A DNA stretch of 64,000 bases, from positions 5,362-69,361 of the forward strand of contig PCAK01000004.1 of NCBI GenBank assembly GCA_002730525.1, in the 5' to 3' direction. Positions 37,480 through 45,636 of the stretch are shown here, one piece after another. A program made the position numbers and the translations under genes. Position 1 is the stretch's first letter. Each line of letters opens with the position of its first letter. This DNA is from Acidobacteriota bacterium (GTDB taxonomy: Bacteria > Acidobacteriota > Vicinamibacteria > Vicinamibacterales > UBA823). The notes under the pieces were generated by a model. That model searched no databases and was not told the DNA's origin. It saw only the letters and a program-made list of their open reading frames with translations.

Positions 37480-38469
37480 TCATCGAGCCTGCAGTTCGGC
37501 TGGCATCGTTTCCCGCACGGCGGTCATGATTCTGGATATCGACGGCAGGTAGTGTTTCTCGAGTCTCGCCAGCGGCATCACGGTGTCGTAGCCGGTCACG
37601 CGCCGCACCGGCGCGCGCAGCACGCCGTCGTGCTCGGCCAGCCGCGCGGCGATCTCCCCGCCGAGGCCGCCCGAGAGCGCCGCCTCGTGGACGATCACGG
37701 CGCGGCCCGTCTTGCTCACCGACGCCACGATCGTCTCCATGTCGATCGGCTTCAGCGTCGCCACGTCGATGACTTCCGCCTCGATCCCCTCCGAGGCCAG
37801 CATGCCCGCCGCGGTCGTCGTCTCGACGAGCATCGCCCCCCAGGTGATGAGCGTCACGTCGCCGCCCTCGCGCACGCGGAAGCAGGTGTCGAGTGGGAGC
37901 GCCGTGCCGTCGTCGACAACCTCTTCATGCCCGGCACGGTAGATCCGTTTCGGTTCGAGAAAGACCACCGGATCCGGATCGCGGATCGCCGCCAGCAGCA
38001 GGCCGTAGGCGCGCGCCGGCGACGACGGGATCACGACGCGCAGACCGGGGATGTGCGCCAGCATCGCTTCGGTGCTCTCCGAATGATGCTCGAGGGCGTG
38101 AATGCCGCCGCTGTAGGGTGCTCGCAGCACCAGCGGGCAGGTGAGCCGGCCGCGCGTTCGTGTCCGCAGGCGCGCCGCATGGTTCACGAGCTGGTCGATC
38201 GTCGCGTACAGGAACCCCAGGAACTGGATCTCCGCGACGGGTCACATCCCCTGCGCGGCGAGGCCGACCGAAACCCCTGCGATGCCCGCTTCGGCGATCG
38301 GCGTGTCGAGCACCCGATCAGGCCCGAACCGGTGGATCAGGCCGTCGGTCACGCGGAACACGCCGCCGTCGACGCCCACGTCCTCGCCGAGGACGATGAC
38401 GCGCTCGTCCTCCGTCATGGCTCGCGCCAGCGCGGCGTTGATCGCATCGACCAGTCTCATCTCAGCCAT
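37480..38469 (-). pseudogene. 2-oxoacid dehydrogenase E1 beta subunit with an in-frame TGA
   Basis: ORFs 38242..38469 and 37480..38187 are in one frame. The sequence reads ...GLAAQGM-TGA-PVAEIQFLGFLYATIDQL... where homologues have G-x-R-PVAEIQF. The total of 329 codons is normal for E1 beta. Confidence 0.7.
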
Positions 38470-39424
38470 GATGGTGCCCCCGTACGACCTGATCGCGCTG
38501 CCACGCCAGCGGCGCGGGCAGCGTTTCGTAGAGGTAGTCGAAGACCGTCTCGGCCGGCGCCGGCTCCATGGCGAGGTAAGCCTCGGCGGCTTGCTCGATC
38601 TGGGCGGCGCACTCGTCGGCCAGCCGCCGCTCGTCGTCCTCCGACCAGACGTCCTGAGCGGTGAGGTAGGCTCGGAGCCGGGCGATCGGTTCGTGTTTCC
38701 ACGCCTCGGCGACGGCGGCCTCGTCGCGGTAGCGCTTGGCGCTGTCGGCCGTCGTGTGGTTCGAGAGCCGATAGGTCAGCGCCTCCACGACGTGCGGACC
38801 GCCGCCGGTTCGGGCCACGCGCAGTGCTTCGCCGACGATCTGGCGCACCGCGATGACATCGTTGCCGTCGACCTGCTCGCCGGGGATGCCCGCGGCGATC
38901 GCTTTCTGGGCCAGCGTCTGCGCGGCGGTCTGCGCGGCCCGGGGCACGGAGATCGCCCACTGGTTGTTGGCGATGACGAAGACGACCGGCACGCGCCAGT
39001 TGCCGACCGCCTGCGGCGCCTGGCTGCCGATCGGGACGGAGTTCGGAAGATCTTCTCGCGGCACGGCGAAGTCGCTGCCGCGCTCGTCACCGCCCCAGTA
39101 GAGGAACATTTCGGTCGGCGTGACGCCGCGCCAGAGCTGAGCGCCGTGCTCCCGGAACGCCGGCAGCAGGACGTCTTCGGCCGCCATCGCCGCGGCCAGA
39201 CCGACCGACACCGCTTCTTGCCCGAGCGACGACGGATAGGTGCCGAGGCGGCTGCTGCGCTGCAGTGCGATCGCCTTCGTGTCGAACGTCCGGGTCAACA
39301 CCATCGCGCGATACAACTCGCGCAGCGTCTTCCCGTCATGCGCGAACTCTGGCAACGGTTGCACCGGCCGGCCGGAGGAATCGAGAAATTGATGGTGGGT
39401 CACTTCGAAGGCGGCAGCCTGCAT
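38462..39424 (-). CDS. 2-oxoacid dehydrogenase E1 alpha subunit lacking the thiamine-diphosphate-binding GDG...NN segment
   Basis: ORF 38462..39616. ATG 39424 preferred (SD ggaggagg). YRAMVLTRTFD and LGQEAVSVG are present, but the sequence goes SQAPQAVGNWRVPVVFVIANNQWAIS, with 4 residues where homologues have ~40 including GDGatSEG. 8-nt overlap with E1 beta. Confidence 0.65.
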   Translation of the reverse strand: MQAAAFEVTHHQFLDSSGRPVQPLPEFAHDGKTLRELYRAMVLTRTFDTKAIALQRSSRLGTYPSSLGQEAVSVGLAAAMAAEDVLLPAFREHGAQLWRGVTPTEMFLYWGGDERGSDFAVPREDLPNSVPIGSQAPQAVGNWRVPVVFVIANNQWAISVPRAAQTAAQTLAQKAIAAGIPGEQVDGNDVIAVRQIVGEALRVARTGGGPHVVEALTYRLSNHTTADSAKRYRDEAAVAEAWKHEPIARLRAYLTAQDVWSEDDERRLADECAAQIEQAAEAYLAMEPAPAETVFDYLYETLPAPLAWQRDQVVRGHHHG

Positions 39425-39597
39425 TTGCGCCCCTCCTCCCGGGGCCCCCTGCGGGCCCCGTCCTGCAAGAGGACACTGCAAGAAGACTGCCGGGCCTCCG
39501 CCGACAAGGTCGACAGGAGCCCCATGAAACAGGGCTGATTCAGCTGCCTGGCCGTGCCGGCCACCGGCGGCCTGGAGGCGTTGGGGATTTTTCCTAC

Positions 39598-39603
39598 TAT
39601 AAT
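39598..39603 (+). promoter_or_regulatory. Candidate -10 box (TATAAT) 11 nt upstream of ATG 39615 (short or absent leader)
   Basis: ctactataattcccgcctctcATG. No SD-like sequence between the box and the start codon. Confidence 0.4.
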
Positions 39604-39614
39604 TCCCGCCTCTC

Positions 39615-40607
39615 ATGTTTCCGAGACGCCGCTTCGCCGCCGCGCTCGTTCCTCTGCTGGTCCTGGCCGCCGCCGGCTGCGCGGCGCCTGCCGACCCGCC
39701 TCAGGCGGTCACAGACGCACCGGTCACCGAGGTAGAGTCCGACTCGGTCGGGGCGGCCATGACGACCGGCCTGGTCAGTTCGACTTTCGCCTGCGACTCG
39801 GTCGCGAGCTGCTCGGGCGCGTCGCGCTTCAACGAGGCGTTGTGCGGCACCATAGATGATCCGTCCGGACGGACCTGGACGATCCCCGCCGAGGTGAACA
39901 CCTCAGGCGCGACCTGCGTCGATATCTACAACGACTGCACCGGCGACGGCGACAACCCTGACTACCTCGCCCAGCTCTCGACCGTCGTCGTCGATGGGGA
40001 AGGCGCCGAGATCACCGCAACGCTGTTTGGCGATAACTTCTTCGAGCTGTATGTGAACGGCCAGTACGTCTGCCGCGATGCGATCGGCTTCACGCCGTTC
40101 AATTCGAGCGCGAGCCGGTTCCAGGCGGCCTATCCGATCACCTATGCGGTCCGGTTGATCGACTGGGGGACGCACCTCGGCATCGGGATGGAGTACGACA
40201 GCTACAACGTTGGCGACGGCGGGTTCATCGCGCGCTTCAGTGACGGTGCGGTCACCGGCGCGGATTGGCGGTGTCAGGTCTTCTATGCCGCGCCGGTGGA
40301 TGATGTGAATTGCGTCGGCGCGAATCGTGACACGAGCGCGTGTCCGCGAGAGCCGGAGTGCGTGGGAGATCCGGAAAGTTGCAGCGCCCTGCACTGGGCC
40401 GTGCCCGACGACTGGGCGGCACCGGGCTTCGACGACACCGACTGGCCGGCGGTCTCCCTGTACGCGGCCGACGACGTGACGCGGACGCCGGGCTACGCGA
40501 ACTATGCCGAGCTGTTCGGCGAGGCCGAGTTCATCTGGACGAAGAATCTGAACATCGACAATCAGGTGCTCTGTCGCGTCACGATCGACGCGCCGGCATC
40601 GCCGTAA
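39615..40607 (+). CDS. Cys-rich hypothetical lipoprotein
   Basis: MFPRRRFAAALVPLLVLAAAGCAAPADPPQ lipobox. About 20 Cys residues and no CxxCH. The ending FIWTKNLNIDNQVLCRVTI suggests a jelly-roll/lectin-like fold. 25 nt upstream of the PQQ dehydrogenase gene. Confidence 0.55.
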   Translation: MFPRRRFAAALVPLLVLAAAGCAAPADPPQAVTDAPVTEVESDSVGAAMTTGLVSSTFACDSVASCSGASRFNEALCGTIDDPSGRTWTIPAEVNTSGATCVDIYNDCTGDGDNPDYLAQLSTVVVDGEGAEITATLFGDNFFELYVNGQYVCRDAIGFTPFNSSASRFQAAYPITYAVRLIDWGTHLGIGMEYDSYNVGDGGFIARFSDGAVTGADWRCQVFYAAPVDDVNCVGANRDTSACPREPECVGDPESCSALHWAVPDDWAAPGFDDTDWPAVSLYAADDVTRTPGYANYAELFGEAEFIWTKNLNIDNQVLCRVTIDAPASP

Positions 40608-40632
40608 CGATCCTCTGTCAGGAGATTCGCAC

Positions 40633-42636
40633 GTGGGTCAGCAACCGCTTCGAGGCATCGTCGTTCTCGTTCTCGGCCTGCTCGTCTGTGCTCATGCCGC
40701 ACCGCTCGGCGCCCAGGAGACGCTTCCGGATACCGAGTGGACGACCTACGGCGGCGACCTCGCGAGCACGCGCTACTCGCCGCTCGATCAGATCACCGCA
40801 GAGAATTTCGGCGAACTGCAGCTGGCGTGGACGCTCCAGGGTGACAGCTTTGGGCCGCGGCCCGAGACGAACTTCCAGTCGACGCCGCTCATGGTCGACG
40901 GCGTCGTCTACACGACGGTCGGCTCACGCCGGGCCGCGGCCGCGCTCGATGCCGAGAGCGGCGAACTGCTCTGGATGCACCGGATGGACGAGGGCGAGCG
41001 GGGCGAAGTGGCGCCCCGGCGACTCTCCGGCCGCGGCCTCACCTACTGGGACGACGGCGGCACGGGCCGGATCTTCTACGTGACGCCGGGCTACCACATG
41101 ATCGCAATCGACGCCGCGACCGGTCGCCAGATCCCGAACTTCGGTCTGGACGGCATCGTCGATCTGAAGCGGGAACTCGACCAGGAGGTCGATCCGTTAA
41201 CCGGCGAGATCGGCCTCCACGCCGCCCCGATCGTCGCCGGTGACACGATCATCATCGGCGCCGCGCACGTCGTGGGGTCGGCGCCGGTCAGCCGTGAGAA
41301 CGTGAAGGGCTACGTCCGGGGTTACGACGTTCGAACCGGCGAGCGGAAGTGGATCTTCCACACGTTGCCGCAGCTCGGCGAGTTCGGCAACGAGACCTGG
41401 CTGAACGATTCGTGGCGCTACACCGGCAATACGGGCATGTGGGGCCAGGCGACGGTCGACGTCGAACTGGGACTGGCCTACCTGCCGCTTGAGATGCCGA
41501 CCGGCGACTACTACGGCGGCCACCGGCTGGGCGACAATCTCTTCGGCGACGCCATCGTCGCGGTCGACCTCGAGACCGGCGAGCGGGTCTGGCACTACCA
41601 GACGGTGCACCACGACGTCTGGGACTTCGACCTGCCGTGCGCGCCGGTCCTCGCCGACATCACCGTCGACGGCCGCGCGATCAAGGCGATCGTCCAGCCG
41701 ACGAAGCAGGGCTGGCTCTTCGTCCTCGACCGGGCGACGGGCGAACCGGTCTGGCCGATCGAGGAACGGGCGGTCCCGGGGTCTGATATTCCGGGCGAGG
41801 TCCTGGCGCCGACGCAGCCCTACCCGACGAAACCCCCGGCGTTCGACCGCCAGGGGATTGGGACCGACGATCTGATCGATTTCACCCCGGCGCTCCGCGC
41901 CGAGGCGCTGGAGGTGGTGGGGAAATTCCGCATCGGACCGATCTACACGCCGCCCTCGGTCGCGACGGCCGACGGCACCTACGGTACGTTGATGGTGCCG
42001 TCAGCGACCGGCGGACCGAACTGGCCGGGCGGCGCGCTCGACCCCGAGACGGGCATCTTCTACATCTATTCGAAGACCCAGGTAACCAGGCTCGGGCTCG
42101 TCAACGACCCCGAACGCTCCGACATGGACTTCGTCATGGGACGTCCAGAGGGTGTGAACGCCGCGATGGCGGGGACATCGGTGCAGGGGCTGCCGCTGGT
42201 GAAGCCGCCGTGGGGGCGGATCACGGCGATCGATCTCAATGAGGGCGAGATCGTCTGGCAGGTGGCGCACGGCGAGACGGCCGACAACGTGCGGGATCAC
42301 CCGGCGCTTCAGAACCTCGAGATCCCGCGGACAGGTCGTCCGGGCCGCATCGGTACGCTGGTGACCAAGACGCTGGTCATCGCCGGCGATGGCGGGAGGT
42401 TCACCGACAGCGAGGGCGTCGAAGGCGCCCGGCTCCGGGCCTACGACAAGGCGACCGGGCGTGAAGTGGCGTCGGTTTTCATACCGTCGAACCAGACCGG
42501 CTCGCCGATGACCTATGCGATTGGCGGCGTGCAGTACCTCCTCGTCGCCGTCGGCGGCGGCGGCTACGCCGGTGAGCTGCTCGCGTTCCGGCTGCCCGAG
42601 TCGGTGACCGAGGAGTACCAGCCCGTCGCGCCCTGA
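40633..42636 (+). CDS. PQQ-dependent dehydrogenase, glucose/quinate-dehydrogenase-like soluble form (paralog of 20349..22427)
   Basis: GTG start with SD aggag. Signal peptide. EWTTYGGDLASTRYSPLDQI, HHDVWDFD, ATGGPNWPGG, GRITAIDLNEGEIVW. Collinear with the 20349 protein. Confidence 0.8.
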   Translation: MGQQPLRGIVVLVLGLLVCAHAAPLGAQETLPDTEWTTYGGDLASTRYSPLDQITAENFGELQLAWTLQGDSFGPRPETNFQSTPLMVDGVVYTTVGSRRAAAALDAESGELLWMHRMDEGERGEVAPRRLSGRGLTYWDDGGTGRIFYVTPGYHMIAIDAATGRQIPNFGLDGIVDLKRELDQEVDPLTGEIGLHAAPIVAGDTIIIGAAHVVGSAPVSRENVKGYVRGYDVRTGERKWIFHTLPQLGEFGNETWLNDSWRYTGNTGMWGQATVDVELGLAYLPLEMPTGDYYGGHRLGDNLFGDAIVAVDLETGERVWHYQTVHHDVWDFDLPCAPVLADITVDGRAIKAIVQPTKQGWLFVLDRATGEPVWPIEERAVPGSDIPGEVLAPTQPYPTKPPAFDRQGIGTDDLIDFTPALRAEALEVVGKFRIGPIYTPPSVATADGTYGTLMVPSATGGPNWPGGALDPETGIFYIYSKTQVTRLGLVNDPERSDMDFVMGRPEGVNAAMAGTSVQGLPLVKPPWGRITAIDLNEGEIVWQVAHGETADNVRDHPALQNLEIPRTGRPGRIGTLVTKTLVIAGDGGRFTDSEGVEGARLRAYDKATGREVASVFIPSNQTGSPMTYAIGGVQYLLVAVGGGGYAGELLAFRLPESVTEEYQPVAP

Positions 42637-42658
42637 GGCCGGCGCCTGGCGTCCAGCG

Positions 42659-44029
42659 CTAGGTGAAGAGCCCGGAGATCATGATCGCCAGGACGGCGAT
42701 CGGTACGACGTAGCGCATCAGGAACTGCCAGAGCGTGAAGAGGATGTCATGGCCGAGCGCCAGCTCGCGCCTGAAGGTATCGCTCGACACGACCCACCCC
42801 GCGAACAGCGCGATCAGCAGCGCGTTGGTCGGCAGCAGCATCGAGCCGGTCATGAAGTCGAAGACCTCGAAGACCGACATTCCGGCGAACGCTGGAATGA
42901 ACCCGAGCGGCGTCACGCCGGCCAGGACGGTGTCGGACAGGGCCGGCGCCAGACCCAGCAGCCAGATCGCCGCGGCGGCCGCCGGCGTCAGCACGCGGCG
43001 CGGCGTCCGCCACTTCTCCTCCAGGTAGGACACGATCGGCTCCAGCATGCCGAGCGTCGTCGTGTAGGCCGCCAGCGTCAGCAGCAAGAAGAAGAGGATG
43101 CCGATGACCTGTCCGAGGGTCATCCCGCCGAACGCGATCGGCATCGTCACGAAGACCAGCCCGGGCCCTTCACCCGGGCTCAGGCCGGAGGCGAAGACGA
43201 TCGGGAAGATGACCAGCCCGGCCAGCAGCGCGATCACCGTGTCGACGACGCCGATGATGACGGCGGCCCGCGGCACCGAGATCTCGCGCGGGAGGTAGGC
43301 GCCGTAGGTCATCATGAAGCCGACCCCGACGCCGACCGAGAAGAACGCCTGACCGAGCGCCAGCAGCAGCGACGTGGCCGTCAGCTGCGAGAAATCTGGC
43401 GTGAAGAGGAACGTGGCCGCCGCGCTCATGTCGGCGGCGAACAGGTTGTAGATGAAGATGATCAGCAGGATCCCGGCGAGGCTGGGCACCATGACCTTCG
43501 TCGCCCGCTCGATGCCCTGGCGCAGGCCTCCGCCGATCGCCACCGCGGTCAGGCCGATGAAGATTCCCTGGAGGGCGACGGTGGCGGCCGGCGATCCCGC
43601 CAGCGACTGGAACAGTTGCTGCGAACCGTCGGCGTCGACGCCGGCGAACGTGTTCCGGAGGGCCTCGATGGTGTACTGCAGTGACCAGCCGGCGACGATG
43701 CTGTAGTAGGCGAGGCCGAGACCCGGACCCAGCACGCTCAGGTAGCCGATCGCCTGCCACGCCGGCGAACCGCCCTGAGCCTTGAGGATCTCGCGGACCG
43801 AGCCGATCGGGCTGAGTTGGCCCATCCGGCCGATGGCCAGTTCGGCCGAGATGACCGGCACGCCGATCAGGAAGACGAAGGCGAGGTAGACGAGAACGAA
43901 CGCCGCGCCACCGTACTCGCCCGCGAGATACGGGAACCGCCAGATGTTGCCGAGGCCGACCGCCGCGCCCGCCGTGGCGAGCAGGAACGCGCCGTGGGAC
44001 GACCATCGTTGGTGAACGGGCTCGGCCAT
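42659..44029 (-). CDS. Neurotransmitter:sodium symporter (SNF/NSS) family transporter
   Basis: WSSHGAFLLATAGAAVGLGNIWRFPYLAGEYGGAAF is the NSS TM1 signature. About 11-12 TM segments. Confidence 0.85.
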   Translation of the reverse strand: MAEPVHQRWSSHGAFLLATAGAAVGLGNIWRFPYLAGEYGGAAFVLVYLAFVFLIGVPVISAELAIGRMGQLSPIGSVREILKAQGGSPAWQAIGYLSVLGPGLGLAYYSIVAGWSLQYTIEALRNTFAGVDADGSQQLFQSLAGSPAATVALQGIFIGLTAVAIGGGLRQGIERATKVMVPSLAGILLIIFIYNLFAADMSAAATFLFTPDFSQLTATSLLLALGQAFFSVGVGVGFMMTYGAYLPREISVPRAAVIIGVVDTVIALLAGLVIFPIVFASGLSPGEGPGLVFVTMPIAFGGMTLGQVIGILFFLLLTLAAYTTTLGMLEPIVSYLEEKWRTPRRVLTPAAAAAIWLLGLAPALSDTVLAGVTPLGFIPAFAGMSVFEVFDFMTGSMLLPTNALLIALFAGWVVSSDTFRRELALGHDILFTLWQFLMRYVVPIAVLAIMISGLFT

Positions 44030-44042
44030 GCGTTCGGGCCTC

Positions 44043-45023
44043 TCAGGAGGACGCGGGCTGCGCCTTCGGCTTCTTGCGCAGGATCAACCAGTGCACGCAC
44101 TTCTCCTCGTCGTCGTACAGCCGTTCGCAGTCGTCACAGCGCACGCACTCGGCGAGCGAGATCTTCGGCCCGTCGATCGCGCCCCACTCGCAGGCCTTCT
44201 CGCAGATCTTGCAGCCCTGACACTCGGTCCAGCGCTTGATCTTGAAGACCGTCAGGTTCGAGATGAGCCCGAGGGCCGCGCCGACCGAACAGAGATACCG
44301 GCAGTAGAGGTTGCGGACGAGAATCGTGCCCAGCAGCAGCGTGCCCAGCAGCGTCCACATCAGCACATTGCCGCTCAGGGTGAACATCCAGAACGGTTCG
44401 ACATAGCGGTAGACGAGGAAGTCTCCGCTCGCGAAGAAGTACAACAGCACCACGCCGAGGATGACGTACTTGATGTAGGCGAGGCGCCGATCGAGCGAAG
44501 CCGGCGGGTCGAAGCGCAGCCGTGCGGGCATGACGCGGTCGAGCAGTTGTGTAAATGCGCCGAACGCGCAGATCCGCCCGCAGTACAGCCGGCCCCAGAG
44601 CACCGTCGACACCGTCGTGAAGCCGATCAGCAGATACCAGGGGATGCTGTGCCGGACATCGGGAAAGTTGCCCTCGAGGATCGCGAAGATATTCACGATC
44701 GACACGAGGTTCGACTTGTAGAAGCCGAGGTAGGCGATCGACCCGGCGAACGACACGTACTTCAGAGGCACGCTCTTCCGCGTGAAGCTGAAAACGGCGA
44801 AGCCGAGGACGAGCGCCATGCCGACGATGTCGCCGATCTCCGCCGCGCTGAGCGACGCGACCGACTCTTTCAGTTCGTCTTCTTCGAGCAGTGCGTCGAG
44901 ATCCTCGAGCGAGAACTCCGGCTGGTCGGCGTCGCCGTCTGGCGCCGGCTGGGTGGCGGCGGTCGGGGGCACGAGCAGCCCCGCGGCGAGGGCCAGCACG
45001 GCGACGATCCGCACGGCGCTCAC
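44043..45023 (-). CDS. Polytopic 4Fe-4S protein, NapH / NosR C-terminal-half-like
   Basis: GTG 45023 in a GTGA overlap with the upstream gene. Membrane CX3C motifs YCGRIC and YCRYLC. C-terminal CQGCKICEKAC and CVRCDDCE...C ferredoxin-type clusters. Confidence 0.75.
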   Translation of the reverse strand: MSAVRIVAVLALAAGLLVPPTAATQPAPDGDADQPEFSLEDLDALLEEDELKESVASLSAAEIGDIVGMALVLGFAVFSFTRKSVPLKYVSFAGSIAYLGFYKSNLVSIVNIFAILEGNFPDVRHSIPWYLLIGFTTVSTVLWGRLYCGRICAFGAFTQLLDRVMPARLRFDPPASLDRRLAYIKYVILGVVLLYFFASGDFLVYRYVEPFWMFTLSGNVLMWTLLGTLLLGTILVRNLYCRYLCSVGAALGLISNLTVFKIKRWTECQGCKICEKACEWGAIDGPKISLAECVRCDDCERLYDDEEKCVHWLILRKKPKAQPASS

Positions 45024-45583
45024 TTCTGCGCCTCGAGCTGTTCCTTGACGAACTCGCGGAACATCCGCCGTGTCGAGCGACGGATCGCCGACGTGGCGGC
45101 CCGGACCGTGATCGTGGCACCGGAGATACCGTCGACGTCGTCGCCCACGACGAGCCGCTCACGGTAGCGGCGATTGGGGAACTGATTGGCGAAGCGCGGT
45201 TGTTCGATAGACCGCGCGCCATAGGGTTCATTGTGGCTCACCACCGACACCGCGATCATGGTGCCGGCCGGCCGCAACCCGACCATCATGACGATCTCGC
45301 TGGTGTACCCGGTGATGACGTGCCCGGCGTCGGGATTCATGTAGGCTAGGCCGACCAGCGTGTCGGCGGCACCGTCCGTACCGCGGACGTAGCCGCGGAA
45401 GTGGGGATACTCGCCGTCCTTGCTGACGTAGTAATCGGCCTCGGGCACCACCGTCTCGAGATGCTTCCGGTATCGTTCGACACGCGCGTCGCCGGTCTGT
45501 GCGCCGCCATAGGTGGAGAGTACGGCCGGCACGGCGAGTGCCGACAGCAGGGCCGTGGCGAGGGCGACGATTAGTCTATTCAC
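45020..45583 (-). CDS. FMN-binding-domain protein, NosR N-terminal-half-like
   Basis: ORF 45020..45817. Start moved to GTG 45583 (VNRLIVALATALLSALAVPAV anchor). SHNEPYG and DGISGATITVRAAT (the SGAT flavinylation motif of FMN_bind domains). Confidence 0.7.
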   Translation of the reverse strand: MNRLIVALATALLSALAVPAVLSTYGGAQTGDARVERYRKHLETVVPEADYYVSKDGEYPHFRGYVRGTDGAADTLVGLAYMNPDAGHVITGYTSEIVMMVGLRPAGTMIAVSVVSHNEPYGARSIEQPRFANQFPNRRYRERLVVGDDVDGISGATITVRAATSAIRRSTRRMFREFVKEQLEAQK

Positions 45584-45593
45584 GAAGTGGGTA

Positions 45594-45599
45594 ATTCTA
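45594..45599 (-). promoter_or_regulatory. Candidate -10 box (TAGAAT on the minus strand) 10 nt upstream of GTG 45583
   Basis: Minus strand reads ggatagaattacccacttcGTG. No SD at the normal distance. Confidence 0.3.
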
Positions 45600-45636
45600 T
45601 CCTCAAACGCCGCGCGGCGCGGTGACAGGCGGGCGG

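Noticed and set aside
38242-38244. The in-frame TGA (E1 beta) and TAG (28766-28768, cytochrome) as recoding events: selenocysteine, pyrrolysine or an alternative genetic code.
   Set aside because: TGA and TAG terminate many well-supported genes in the window. The E1 beta position is a conserved Arg (CGA to TGA is one transition). I see no SECIS-like hairpin directly downstream. Neighbouring genes show independent deletions, so pseudogenisation or sequence error is the simpler explanation.
39463-39492. The direct repeat ctgcaaga-N6-ctgcaaga in the E1 alpha / lipoprotein divergent region as an operator.
   Set aside because: A single short repeat with no palindromic symmetry and no regulator gene nearby. 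This is too weak to call.
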